Assembly: GCA_002269645.1 (NCBI GenBank)
Contig: NIVC01001256.1
Coordinates: forward strand, 186,001-250,000
Length of the DNA: 64,000 bases
Direction of reading: 5' to 3'
Origin: Macrostomum lignano
Taxonomy: Eukaryota
Below are positions 40,076 through 63,164 of the stretch, in pieces. The first letter of the stretch is position 1; every line of letters starts with the position of its first letter. The position numbers and the translations under genes are program-made. The notes under the pieces were generated by a model. That model had not been told where the DNA came from and searched no databases. It saw only the letters and a list, made by a program, of their open reading frames with translations.

Positions 40076-42473
40076 AGCAGAAATACGCGGCTCGTTTAGT
40101 TATTAAGAAGAGAAATGAAGATAATAAAATAATTTATGATTATTATACATCCCACTGTACTTGCACTCTACGCCAAGTAAGATATCCAAACACAATGTAA
40201 ACACAGAAAGCCTTATTACCTTAATTTAAGGAGTCGATAAAACATTCCTACCAATAACAAAATCATTTTGAAAAAGCAATACAGAAATAATAGTTGCAAA
40301 AAATTATTCGCGTACGAGAATATTCCATACGCGATATACGCGTGTAGCATATCAAATTAATCAAGATTCGATACAATACCACGTTTCTAACTGGATTTTA
40401 AGCTTAACTTTTAAATTTTTTATCTGTAAAAGCGACACTAACTCGATTGACAGTTTTTTGTAAGAGACATAAAAGAATCTTGGACTTTTTACATCATGTC
40501 GAAAAATATTAACGATAGCTAGTATTTAATTGAAACAAATCTAAGTGGTGACGCCTGAAATTACGAGGATTTTTACTTTTTCATACACTTGCGATCAATG
40601 AGGCGGCAAGTGTTTTACAAAATATCAAAATCATAACACTAATTAATACGACGGTATCGTATCGTACGGTAAGATGCTATCACACAACAGAAGCCGCCCT
40701 TTCTTGAAAAATAAAATAGTAGATCAATAGGGCTTTTCACATTACCAATTCCAGAACCAGAATCGATTCGGATCTTCCAAGAAAAAAAGCAGTATAACTA
40801 TTTACCCTTGCTAAATGTTGACTGCCTTACAGCTTCACTTTGCATAATTTTTCAATTTCTTCTTGGCTATTGCCATTCAATAATCACAACTTTAAAGCAC
40901 TTATATCCCTCTAGTTTAGGAGACAAAAGTTATACTCTACAAATTGGATCTGGTTCTAGAACCAGAACAAGCAATATGAAAAGGCCTATTTAGTAACATG
41001 TTACCGGATAAAATTACCTTTTAAATTTATAACAAAACATGTCTGTGTTCCTTGTAAATTTAAAAAATAAGTGGCACAGTTTAATGTCAGTTTTTTGCTT
41101 TTACTAAAGTGAATCAGAATCTTATCTTAAGTACATTCATTTTTTTGTGTTTAAGCGTCAGTAAATAATTTTGAGTTGTTCGCATACCTACAAATAAATA
41201 TTGTGTTTAGGTTGTCAGTCGTACAATACAAGTATAAAAACGTTAATTTATTCGAATAAGGTTTTTTATGTATATTTTTGTTGGATACAACGTGTGCCGT
41301 CAAAATTCATTTCTTAGTCCGACTATTTTTGTTTCTTATTAAGCTTACAAACTATAGAAAACAATAAGTTGATGATTTTTTAGAACAATTCCAAGCAAAA
41401 TGGTTGAAACATAAGACTTCTTACGAATTATCTATTTCAAGCGACTAAGAAGTCTTTGTGGTTTTAGAAAAACGCAACTGTGTTAATTTGTTGCATTATA
41501 TCTTTCTTGCCGTCTTTAGTTTTGTGTTGACTCTTGATATTCCAGTATAAGTTTTCATCATTATCAAGAAATAATATCCAGTTTTTGTTGAAAATGGGAT
41601 GCTTTTAAAAAGAATTTATATAGAATTTCTAAATAAGGTACACTTTCTTCGATCCTCATCTTTGCTATTCTTCTATTATTGCTATGCTTCCATAATCAGT
41701 TATTATCATTTATACCAACTTTTGTTGGTATCAATATTTAAAAAAAAATTTATTTATAAGCTTCAAGCATTCGATTAAGGTTTTATTTTCTTTGAATAGC
41801 TTTAATACAAAATGGCAAAAGTTGATTAAATTTAGTTTTTTTAATTTCTTGCATTTAATGAGTGCAAGGTACATTTCTAACAATTGGTAGGCTAAATAGG
41901 TGTACAAGGCCAAGATGCAATATTATCTGCATATCTGCGGCGTATTTAGAAAATTAAGGTTGACACTAACATACAAGTAATTTTTTTATAGCGAACGCGT
42001 TTAAAGAAAAAAAACTTATTTGTATGTTGGTGTTAACCTTCATTTTCTATTACTTATTAAACGAGCATTGCTACCAATATATATTTACTATTAAAACAGA
42101 AGGTGAAGTTATAACCAAAATACTTGTCATATAAAAAATAAAGCAAAATAGGAGATATATAAACCCTGAACTTCTGCTATTAAGAAGATGGGAACCATCA
42201 TTCCTATCCTAATTATGAAATTTTTGATAATATATTTCAATTCTCGTGCAAAGTATGGTTAAACACATCTAATAGCTGATTATTAAAATTAAAATTTACT
42301 TTTATAACTTTGATCAGCAACATGATATATATTTCATTCAGTATTTATTAACAACGATTTTTAGCCAAAAGATTTATTCAAAAATATGCTGGCAGTTAAC
42401 ATTTTGGTTTCTATTCGTGAAAGCTCTTTGAGTCCAGTGAGTTTTCATATCCTCTCTCCTCTCCGCCCAGCCG

Positions 42474-45400
42474 ATGTCGCAGGAAGCGTCGCCGTCCTCG
42501 CCGCTGGCCTACCGGCCGCAGCACCCGCTGCCGGAGGAGCTGCGCGAGATGCCGCGGGACGACACCGTGTGCAAATTCTGCGGCGTCTCCTACCTGATCC
42601 ACTCGGAGATGAAGGCGCTGGAGGCGCGCATGCAGCAGGCGCTGGCAGAGCTGGAGCATTACCGCGGCGCCGTGGAGCGCGAGAAGCGGCTAGCAGAAAG
42701 GCTGGCCGCCGTGGAAGCCGAGCTGGCGGCCGAGCGCGAACGCCGGGAGGCTCTGACAGCGGAGGCGGCTGCCGCAGCTGAGGAGGTGGCGCGCTCGGAG
42801 GCGGCCCGGCGCGAAGCTGAGGCCGTCCGTTGCGCCGATCTGGCCAAATCGGCGGCTGGCGCCAACGAGGCGGCGCGTCTGCTGCGCGCCGAGCTGGCTG
42901 AACTGCGCGCGTTGGCGCAGGCGGCGCGAGATTCAACGCTTGCCGCCTGCCAGGAGGTGTCGAACAAAGTGGCCGGGTCACGTGAGTCTTCGTTGTGTCT
43001 TTTTAAATGCTAAGTTAAATCAGAGTGACGAAAGTCAAAGCTAAGGGAGGCTCCGGACACTGGAAGGTCAGCTGAGTGCTCCGTCGCGAATCGGGAAAAA
43101 TCCTCTGTAGTTCGGGCTCAAGCAGTCAATCAGTCTTGATGGCTTTAATTCCCTTTGTTTTCCCAACTATCCTACTATTAGTAGAAATATAAGAAAACTG
43201 AATCATTATTTTATTCATTAATCGCATAAATAAAGCTACGACAGTATTGGTGATTTGAAGATAAAATATTTCATTCAAGCACTAAACTGCTTCCAGTGGC
43301 TGACATGGACCGAGGCCAGCAGGCTCGAGTTGCTGAGCTCTCCAGTCAGATGGAGGCGGCGCGCGGCCAGGCGAGCGTCGACCGGGAGGCGGCCGCGGCG
43401 GAAGTGGCCGCGAAGGCGCAGGAGCTGCAGCGGCTGACCGAGCAGCTGGACGATGCCAGGGAGAAACAGCGGCAGGCCGAGGCCGGGGCGGAGGCGCTCG
43501 AGACAGAAAATACGTGAGCAGCTTGGGCCGGGGATTTGGGGCTTGCTCTGTAGTGAAATCCCCCTTCATCTGTAGATCTGTCTTTTACGTCTGTCCGAAA
43601 CTTATTTCCTTATTTGTCTGTAGATCATTGTCCCCATTAGTCTGTAGATCATTCTCCCCATTAGTCTGTAGATCATTGTCCCCATTAGTCTGTAGATCAT
43701 TGTCCCCATTAGTCTGTAGATCATTCTCCCCATTAGTCTGTAGATCATTGTCCCCATTAGTCTGTAGATCATTGTCCCCATTAGTCTGTAGATCATTCTC
43801 CCCATTAGTCTGTAGATCATTGTCCCCATTAGTCTGTAGATCATTGTGCTTATTTGTCTGTAGATCATTGTCCGCATTAGTCTGTAGATCATTGTCCCCA
43901 TTAGTCTGTAGATCATTGTCCGCATTAGTCTTTAGATCATTGTCCCCATTAGTCTGTAGATCATTGTCCGCATTTGTCTGTAGATCATTGTCCCCATTAG
44001 TCTGTAGATCGTTGTCCTCATTTGTCTGTAGATCATTGTCCCCATTAGTCTGTAGATCATTGTCCCCATTAGTCTGTAGATCATTCTCCCCATTAGTCTG
44101 TAGATCATTCTCCCCATTAGTCTGTAGATCATTGTCCCCATTGGTCTGTAGATCATTGTCCTTATTTGTCTGTAGATCATTGTCCGCATTAGTCCGTAGA
44201 TCATTGTCCCCATTAGTCTGTAGATCATTGTCCGCATTAGTCTTTAGATCATTGTCCCCATTAGTCTGTAGATCATTGTCCCCATTAGTCTGTAGATCAT
44301 TGTCCCCATTAGTCTGTAGATCATTGTCCGCATTTGTCTGTAGATCATTGTCCCCATTAGTCTGTAGATCATTGTACCCAATAGTCTGTAGATTGTTGTC
44401 CTCATTAGTCTGTAGATCGTTGTCCCCATTAGTCTGTAGATCATTGTACCCATTAGTCTGTAGATCATTGTACCCATTAGTCTGTAGATCATTGTCCGCA
44501 TTAGTCCGTAGATCATTGTCCCCATTAGTCTGTAGATCATTGTCCTCATTTGTCTGTAGATCATTGTCCCCATTAGTCTGTAGATCATTGTACCCATTAG
44601 TCTGTAGATCATTGTCCCCATTAGTCTGTAGATCATTGTACCCAATAGTCTGTAGATCATTGTCCTCATTTGTCTGTAGATCATTGTCCCCATTAGTCTG
44701 TAGATCATTGTCCTCATTTGTCTGTAGACCATTTGCTTTATTTGTCTCTAGATGAATGTGTTCTCTATCTGTCTGTTTTCTTCTGTAGGTCTCCATCGGT
44801 CGTAGGTCAATTCAAGTCTATAGATGCAGATCCTCTGTCTGTTTTTATCTGTTTTTCTCCAATCTGTAGATCAATTTTTTGGGTACATCAATATCACTCT
44901 ATAGATTTGCGACCCCCTGTCTGTAGACCAAAATCCAGATAATCATCTTTCTTAGTGAACATTAATCATTAACTGCATGTTATCCCAGCTTAAACAGCAA
45001 AGATCTGTTTCTATTTTTGCATTTAAGCAGCAAATTCAACACCTGTTAGACAAACTGCGTGCTAACAACGGTAACTCACCAATAAAAGCCAGGTGGGCAC
45101 CTTTATGTCACAGAGTTCGTTAGGAAAATTGCAAAATTTCACTCGAGTGCAATTTTTCACGTAATCCTTTAGGCCAGATTTTGTTTCCGATATTTTCAAA
45201 TCATTTTCGCTTGCTTGCAGTGCAGATTAACAAATTGAACTGTAGTAAAACAAATTATATTAAAACGGCAAAAACCCGGAAAGTTTATTCCGATCCATCA
45301 CCCAGGCGACTCCAGTCGGAGCTGTCGGACGCGCGCAGCAAAGCCAGCGGCCTGCAGAAGTCGGCGAGCGAGGCTGCCTCGGTGCAGGCGGAGCTCCGAG

Positions 45401-47445
45401 ATCGTCTGCAGGAGCGACAGTCGGCGGTTGAGTCGCTGCAGGCGCGGCTTGACGAGGCGCTGGCCAGGCAGCGGCAGGCGGAGTCCAGCAGCTCGCACAG
45501 CCTGGGTTGGTTGCCGGCCTTTGGCGCGAATTCAAATTCGAAATTTTTTCATCAGTGCCTTAACTCTACAGCCCAGATTCCCCAGCCCCCGATTCCCCAG
45601 CCCCCGATTCCCCAGCCCCCGATTCTCCAGCCCACGATTCTCCAGCCTCCGATTCCTCTGATTCCCTAGCCCCTGATTCCCCTGATTCCCCAGCCCCTGA
45701 TTCCCCAGCCCCGATTCCCCAGCCCCTGATTCCCCAGCCCCCGATTCCCCAGCCCCGATTCCCCAGCCCCCGATTCTCCAGCCCCCGATTCCCCAGCCCC
45801 CGATTCTCCAGCCCCCGATTCCCCAGCCCCTGATTTCCAAGCCACCGATTCCCCCGATTCCCCAGCCCCCGATTCCCCTGCTTCCCCAGCCCCTGATTCT
45901 CCGAATTCCCCAGCCGGTCAAAAATTGACACGAAGGTGTTCCAAAATTTCAGACAAGCTGCGCCAAAGGTCGGAGGCAGCTGAGGCCAAGGTGGAGCAGC
46001 TGAGCGCTGAGAGGGAGATGATGATCAAGGCTCATCAGGCCAGGATTGAGCAGCTGAAGGACAGTTACAAGAATCGCCTGATTGAGGCCGATGGATGGCC
46101 AGCCAAGGTAAGATGTGAATGCTTGTCTAAGGGCGATGGACAGTGGGGTCTCTATGGGCGGTGGACATTCGGGTGTCTATAGGCGGTGGACAGTGGGATC
46201 ACTGGGGGTGTCTATAGGCGGTGGACAGTGGGATCACTGGGGGTGTCTATAGGCGGTGGACAGTGGGATCACTGGGGGTGTCTGTGGGCGGTGGACATTC
46301 GGGTGTCTATCGACGGTGGGTGGACAGTGGGATCACTGGGGGTGTCTATGGGCTATGGACATTCGGGTGTCTATAGGCGGTGGACAGTGAAGTCTCTATG
46401 GGCGATGGACATTCGGATGTCTTAGGTGGTGGACATTTAGGTGTCTATGGGCAGTGGACAGTGGGTGTCTATGGGCGGTGGACATTCGGGTGTCTATAGG
46501 CGGTGGACAATAGGGTTTTCCATGGCAATGGTCTGTTAAAAGTTGGTGCCTCGCTTTAAAGTTTCATAAAAAGTCCATCCTGCACTTCAGCTGGAGCAGC
46601 AGTTGTCGGAGGAGCGGCAGCGCTCGGAGGCAGCCCAACGCGAGCTGCGCGACCGCCTGGAGGCGGACTGGCGCGCGGAGCGGGCGATTCAAAAGGAGAA
46701 AAACGACGAGCTGCTGCGCCGGGCCCGTCAGGAGGCGGAGGCGGAAGCCGATCGCCTGCGGCGCGGCGTCGAGGCCACCGAACGGCGAGCCAGCGAGGCG
46801 GAGCGGCGCGTCCGGGCAGCCGAGGCGGCGGCCGAAGCGGCTGGCACAGCGGCCGAACGACGCGCTGGCGAGGCGGCTCGGGCGGCGGAGGCGGCCCGCT
46901 CAGCAGAAGCGGCCAGAGCAGCGGCGGCCGAGCGGCAGAGGCTGGAGGCGGCGCTGTCACAGGCGCAGGAGGAGGTCCGCATGCTGCAGGAGACGGTGCG
47001 GCGCGAATGCGAGGAACGATTCGAACTGACGGAAGCGCTCGGCCAGGCGCGCCAGCAGCTGCTCAGCCTGCGGCTGCAGCCGGGCCTGGCAGAGGCGGCG
47101 GAGCTGCGCCAACAGCCACCAAAGCCGCCGGCAAAGCTTCCGCCGGCGGAGCATCAGCAGCAGCAGCAGCAGCATCAGCCGCCGCAGCAGCAGCAACCGC
47201 CAAAGCAGCCGCGCCAAAACGCTTGGTCAACCTCTTCCAGGCACCAGACTCCTTCTTCCTCGTCCTCAACAGTGTCGGCTGCATCATCGTCACGCCGAAG
47301 GGACAGCATTGGCAGCGGCGGCGGCGCGACGCAGGACATCCGGTTCAGCGTGACGCAGGCGCGCCAAGACAAGAACGAAGTGCTGGCAACGAAGCGCCGG
47401 TTAGCGGCCATCATGGCTGCCAACAGGGAGGCCGGCAGGCACTGA
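42474..47445 (+). CDS. LEKR1: LEKR1-like coiled-coil protein (about 644 aa)
   Basis: Exons 42474-42981, 43297-43513, 45306-45505, 45953-46107, 46591-47445 (1935 nt, phases consistent). N-terminal [34 protein letters not shown] matches the conserved LEKR1 signature (LPEE...VCKYCGVSYLI); long E/A/R-rich heptads and C-terminal [22 protein letters not shown]. Confidence 0.8.
43570..44730. repeat. 24-bp minisatellite CCCCATTAGTCTGTAGATCATTGT in LEKR1 intron 2
   Basis: About 48 copies. Confidence 0.95.
45575..45915. repeat. 15-bp minisatellite CCCCAGCCCCCGATT in LEKR1 intron 3
   Basis: Direct reading. Confidence 0.92.
46140..46510. repeat. Composite repeat GGGTGTCTATAGGCGGTGGACA in LEKR1 intron 4
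   Basis: Two unit lengths (with TTC or GTGGGATCACT extension). Confidence 0.85.
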
Positions 47446-47984
47446 GGCGCCCAACCAGACCTTGCTGAACTCGTGCTGATGGCATTTTCTGCTCCTGTTT
47501 ATTTGTTTTTTCTATACCTGCTGTGTTTAGCTGCGGGCTCAGGCCTAATCAGCTTTGAATTTGCTGATCGATTGCACTACTTGAAATATATGACACTAAA
47601 GTAGTATAATGAAACATTCCAATTATTATTAACCTAATACCTTTTTTTAAAAGAAACTTCATTTTGCTGCTTTCGAGTTCCTTTGATTTTTTATGGAGCC
47701 GACATGGCAGCCCTTCTTGTATCCAGCAAAGGAGTTTCCCTACAGCAATGGGTTTGGATTGTCTTTAGTGCGATGTTCCCAGCAGCAGTAGGATAATTGG
47801 GGAAGAACACAGAACTGCATCAGTGGCAGGTAACTCGACCCTCCGCAGGAGTCGCTTGGAATTTCGCTCGGCCAGGTGTCAAATTCTCATGCGCAGCTCA
47901 AGCAGTCCCTAATGAGCTCGGGCACTCGGTATTAAAGCAAGCGTTGGGAGTCGGCCGGGGCTGAGCAGCCAAGCACGCAGCGCG

Positions 47985-49030
47985 ATGGGCCAGAGCCAGT
48001 CGCACAACCGGCAAAGTCGGACGCCGATTCCTTCGGTGCAGCGGCGCCGGTCGCAGCCGGCCGGGCAGCCACCGCCGCAGTCTGTCGAAGACGAGGACGA
48101 GAGTTCGAGCCCGGGACCGATCGAGAGCCGCCTGGACGAGGCGGAGACGCGGCGCTGGGAGGCGGCCTTCGGCGGCCTCTGCCTGGCCGGCCACCTCCGC
48201 CGGGCGGAGTTCCGCCGCCTGTGCGCCGCCGTCTTTCCCGACGGGCCGCTGGCTGACGCGGATTTCGCCGACCGGGTCTTCGACGGCTTCGACGAGTCCG
48301 GGCGGGGCGCTGTCCGGTTTCGCGAGTTCCTGGCCGGCCTGAGCGTCGCCGCCAACTGCGGCCCGGAGGAGCGGCTGCGCTGGGCGCTGGGCGTCTACGG
48401 CGGCGGCGGCCGACGGCTCAGCCGGGGCGAGGTGGCCGACATCTTCCGCGCTCTGGGCGGGGTGCGGAGCGGCGGTGGCGACGGCGGCGGTGACGGCGGC
48501 ATCGGCGAGCCCTCCGTCAAGGTGCGGCTCCGGTTGCGTTGGAAGCTTTTTGTTCGAAACTTCAAGCTGAAGAGTTTCGGGCTTGTGAAGCTTCGAGCTT
48601 GGGAAACTTCGAGCTTGTGAAGCTTCGAGCTTGTGAAGCTTCGAGCTTGTGAAGCTTCAAGCTTGTGAAGCTTCAAGCTTGTGAAGCTTCGAGCTTGGGA
48701 AGCTTCGAGCTTGGGAAGCTACGAGCTTCGAGCTTGAGAAGCTTTGCTTGCATGCTTGCTTGTAATCAGGGAGGTGCAGTTTCGGATCATTGAGTTCAGC
48801 AACCTCCAACTCTGCAGAACCCGAAGCAGCGAGCCCGCCAGCTGATGCAGCGTCTGGGCCGCCATAAAGACAGTGACAGAGACAGCGGCGGCTTCCAGCA
48901 GGAGGACGGCGTCACGGTGGACGAGTTCGTCGCCGCAGTCGCCCACGAGCCGGACGTGCGGGCCCGCCTGCTGACTTGGCCGCTTGGAACCTGCGGAGAG
49001 GCTCCAGCGGGCGGCAGCGCACTCGGGTGA
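47985..49030 (+). CDS. Neuronal calcium sensor (recoverin/frequenin)-like EF-hand protein with degenerate loops
   Basis: Exons 47985-48521 (AAG|gtgcgg) and 48818-49030 (ctgcag|AAC). NCS-like blocks FADRVFDGFDESGRGAVRFREFLAGLS, GPEERLRWALGVY, NPKQRARQLMQRL, VTVDEFVAAVAHEPDVRARL; N-terminal MGQSQS fits the myristoylation consensus MGxxxS. Confidence 0.75.
48575..48740. repeat. 16-bp minisatellite GCTTGTGAAGCTTCGA in the NCS-like intron
   Basis: About 10 copies. Confidence 0.9.
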
Positions 49031-49291
49031 CATCGGCTGAGCAGTGGCTGAATATTATACTTGTATATTATAAGCGGCTTCGCGATAATTTCTGATGTTA
49101 TAAAAATACAATATCTTTAACTAAATATGATCTGATTGTTGGCCTTGTATTTCAATACTTTCTGCTTTGATTTCGGTTTATGTTTAGCAACACCTGTCAG
49201 TGCCAACGGGTCAGTCTTTTGGACTTTGTCAGTGCGCCTATGCTTAAGGGGAATCAGTTAGATTAATTGTCAGTGCATTTGTCAGTTTAAG

Positions 49292-49975
49292 ATCAGTGTC
49301 AGACCAGTGTCAGACCAGTGTCAGACCAGTGTCAGACCAGTGTCAGATCAGTGTCAGACCAGTTTCAGGTCAGCTTCAGGTCAGTGTCAGACCAGTGTCA
49401 GACCAGTGTTAGAACAGTGTTAGACCAGTATCAGACCAGTGTCAGACCAGTGTCAGATCAGTGTCAGACCAGTGTCAGATCAGTGTCAGACCAGTGTCAG
49501 ATCAGTGTCAGACCAGTGTCAGACCAGTGTCAGACCAGTATCAGACCAGTGTCAGACCAGTGTCAGATCAGTGTCAGACCAGTGTCAGATCAGTGTCAGA
49601 CCAGTGTCAGATCAGTGTCAGACAGTGTCAGACCAGTGTCAGACCAGTGTCAGACCAGTATCAGACCAGTGTCAGACCAGTGTCAGATCAGTGTCAGACC
49701 AGTGTCAGATCAGTGTTAGACCAGTGTCAGACCAGTGTCAGATCAGTGTGTTAGACCAGTGTCAGACCAGTGTCAGATCAGTGTCAGATCAGTGTCAGAC
49801 CTGTGTCAGATCAGTGTTAGACCAGTGTCAGACCAGTGTCAGATCAGTGTTAGACCAGTGTCAGACCAGTGTCAGACCAGTGTCAGATCAGTGTTAGACC
49901 AGTGTCAGACCAGTGTCAGACCAGTGTCAGATCAGTGTTAGACCAGTGTCAGACCAGTGTCAGATCAGTGTCAGC
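49292..49975. repeat. 11-bp minisatellite GACCAGTGTCA
   Basis: About 60 copies. Confidence 0.95.
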
Positions 49976-50744
49976 CCACTCGCGAGTCTCATGAAACGGC
50001 CATCACTGCACAAGGCAGTAGAAATTGAATGAAGGAGCCGCAGCAGCAGCGGCAGTCCGAAGTCGCAGGGTCAGCGTGAACGGAAGTTCTTGGCGGACAA
50101 GAAGTTCCGCTGTCTCTCGCTCTCTAAATATCGCAAATTTGTTGTATTTCAATCGCAGTTCAGCCAAGTGCAGAAGTGGTGAAGCAGAATGGCGAAAGCA
50201 GTGGCCGAGAGGCAGCTCATCAATATGTACATCGAAGACGCTGATAAGGTAGCAATAAACATCATTTCTAAGCATAAGCGGACACTGCGATTGGCCAAGC
50301 AAAGCGCGAGATATTTTCTTAATATTCTTTCTTTATAAGGAACATAAAATTCTTTGGATACTACTGAGTTGCCAGCGTTTTTTAACAAAGAATAAAATAT
50401 CACCAGATGAACGGGAAATGGCTTGGTGTGAACAATGGGATTGCAGCAACAGAGAAGAGTACAGGCACAGGTGAGCTGAGGTGAATGTTAATTTGCGTTA
50501 TGGGATGATTGGTTTGCCTTTACAAAACACAATTGCAGAATTTGCGTCATTATGGCAGTTCAACTCAAGCTTATCAAAATCTGTTTGTTGTTTTAGTTTG
50601 CCTCAGTTTCAAATCAAAGTTTTTATTGTCTAGATCTCTTGATTAGGAAAATTCAGGCAAACCTTTGTAGCACCTTTCAAAGCAGCGAGGAAAAACCAAA
50701 ATGAAGCTGATGAAATCGAAGTCACTTGAAATTTTCATATAATC

Positions 50745-51060
50745 CAATGGTTGCTATGCGGTTGCTATAGCTACCGTTATGTACTGTGTTGATCCTCATA
50801 GCTATGGTTGCTCTGCGGTTGCTATGGCTACCGTTGTGAACTGTGATGATTCTCATTGCTATGGTTGCTATGCGGTTGCTATGGCTACCGTTGTGAACTG
50901 TGATGATTCTCATTGCTATGGTTGCTATGCGGTTGCTATGGCTACCGTTGTGAACTGTGATGATCCTCATTGCTATAGTTGCTATGCGGTTGCTATGGCT
51001 ACTGTTGTAAACTGTGATGATCCTCATAGCTATGGTAGCCATGCGGTTGCTATGGGTACC
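50745..51060. repeat. 57-bp tandem repeat, about 5.5 copies
   Basis: GCTATGGCTACCGTTG recurs at 50821 and 50878 and onward. Confidence 0.88.
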
Positions 51061-51152
51061 ATTTTGCATTATAATGGTAGAAAGTTGTGCCTAAGCTCCC
51101 ATGAGGGAAATTTATCCCTTAAATCATGAGGATCGCGGCATTATCGGGAACG

Positions 51153-60961
<9,809 letters not shown>

Positions 60962-63164
60962 CTGCGGGGTGCCAGGGCGAGTGAGGTAATCGAGTGAGAT
61001 CAAGCCGATGATGTACAGCCTCGGTGTTTGCGGGGCGCAGTGTGGGGGCTGAGTGGCAACGCAGCTAACTAGGATGCTAACTAGATTCGTCCTGGGTTCG
61101 ATTCCGCACATGCCCTCAATAATTTGGTGCTTGAGAGCCAAACTCCCATGTACAAGAGGATGAGAAGTCTAGGTTCTGCGTGCGCCGCCTGGTCCCGATT
61201 TGAACTGCTCTGCAACAAAATTTCTTCAACATTACGAGCGTAAATTACGGAGCAAAACAGTACAAATTCGAAGCATTCGGGCTCGAAAATGCTTCTAAGC
61301 TCTCGGATTTCCGAATTGAAAACAAAACACAAAGATGACAGTCAGCCTCGTGAAGGAATTCCCGCGCGACCTCTGCCGGCGGCCGTGACCTCAGCTCAGC
61401 ATACTAGCGCTGCGGCTAATTAAGAACGGGCCATCAAAGGCGCCCCTGCCGCCGAGGGGGTCCCGCCGCACTGACAGAAGCTGGCACGCGATATAAAAAG
61501 TGTGCATGAATCTGGGAGGCCCCCCATCCAGCACTCATTCATAGTTGCTGCTCGACAGGGCGATGCAAATTAAGAGAGCGGGGCGCCGAAAGATTTAAGA
61601 GATGCGAATGAGTGAGGGGATTTGGCCGGCTGCCATCCCGCTCCTCACCCCGGCGCCGCTCTGCCAGTGCAGAACTTTTAGCTCTTTTCTTTGGTTCTCC
61701 CGGCGAAGTTTGGGAAGAAGAGGGGTGCGCTGAGCTGGGGGACCCGAGCTGGGCTGTCTGGAGCGGGAGGGGGGATTCGGGGCAGCGGCGAGAGAAACGT
61801 CTCGGAGCTGAGAAGCGCTGGCGTGACTGGCGCAGACAGCGGCTCTGATTGAAGCCGACTTCTTCACTCACTGAGAGAGGATGGCGGCTGAGATGGGGCC
61901 GGGCGAGGAGAGAAAGCTGAGTGGAAGCCGCAATCCGGGGGCCAAGTTCAAGGCGAGAGAGAGAGAGAGAGAGACTGAAGGAGCAAGAGAAAGTTCAGAC
62001 AGCACAGCGAGAAACGAACTGCCACCACCGGTCACTCAAGCTCTCTGTCCCCTTCTGCAAGCGCTCCCCCCTTGACCCCTGGGCCGCCAAGCCGCCCCCA
62101 TTCAGTCAGTCGCTTTCTGCGACAAAACCCCGCCGTGTCTGTCCGTCTGTCATCGACAGCGAAGCATCGACTAACAGAAACCAAAGCAATTTTACCATTT
62201 ATCTATAGACGAGGGGTTTATCCCCTTAAACTGCACGGCCAGGACTTTCAATACCAACTTCCCGCCGAGTACTTCGGCAAGACAACTGCCGCTTCCAGTG
62301 AACAGTTGAGTCGATTTCTCAATAACAGGAAAAATTTGCATTAAATCCTCATTTTCTTCCATTTATCCCAATTATTGATTCCCTTAGGACAAGGCGCACT
62401 GGACTCGCGTAAGTTTGCGTCCTCCGCTAGAATGCGAGCCACTCCAACGGCCGGTTGATTGCTGGATTCCCGGACACGAGCCCAGCATTAGTGGATTGGC
62501 GGTGGGGGTCGCCGCAGCTCCCGGTTGCGACTCTCTCTGGCGCACTCTGAGGGACTCTGACTGTCCGCGGCTCGAGCTCTCTGTGGCAGCGCAGTCGCAA
62601 ACTGGACTAAACGGCGCCCTTCCCTCTGCTCACGTGGCCGTCTCCTCCCTACTCGCCCATCTCCCCGCCCTCCCCGATGCGGCCGCCCCTCCATAATTCA
62701 ATTGCCGTGTTTCTGGGCGACGGCCGGCCCTCGCCAAGCCCCCCTCCCACTACCCGCACTCTACACAAAAATGCGGGGCTAGCAACGAGATGATGCCGGG
62801 GCAGCTGGGAGAAGGAGAAGAGGCGGCGGCTCGCTTTCCCATCTGCATAGAATCTGCATACGCTGCGGAGGGACTCTTCGAGGAGTCTGGGGGGGCAGTC
62901 TGGGACAGCGGCGGCGGGGACTCCGCTCGCCAGCGAGCCGGGAGGTGGGAGCGCGTCCCAAGATCGATACCCCCTCAAGCGTGCTGCGGGAACATGGGAG
63001 TCGGCAGACCAAAGAGGACGCCAGAGAGATGGATGGCGGAGCACTTCTGAGCTGGCTGGGGCTGCCGCCGATTCGAGGGGAAAAGAGCAACCGGGGGAAA
63101 AATATGCGAATTCCTCTCCGGGGTCAGTGGGCTGGTGGGCTGGGAGTTCTGGATGCAAATGGAT

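Noticed and set aside
43514-44796. 413-aa and 403-aa ORFs (LVCRSLSP / NDLQTNGD)
   Set aside because: 24-bp array in LEKR1 intron 2; the flanking exons splice in phase without it.
61300-61410. YAELRSRPPAEVAREFLHEADCHL loosely like the KIF26 pre-P-loop helix
   Set aside because: No phase-1 donor yielding the Gly needed before GKT and no FGH-like motif; similarity too weak to call.
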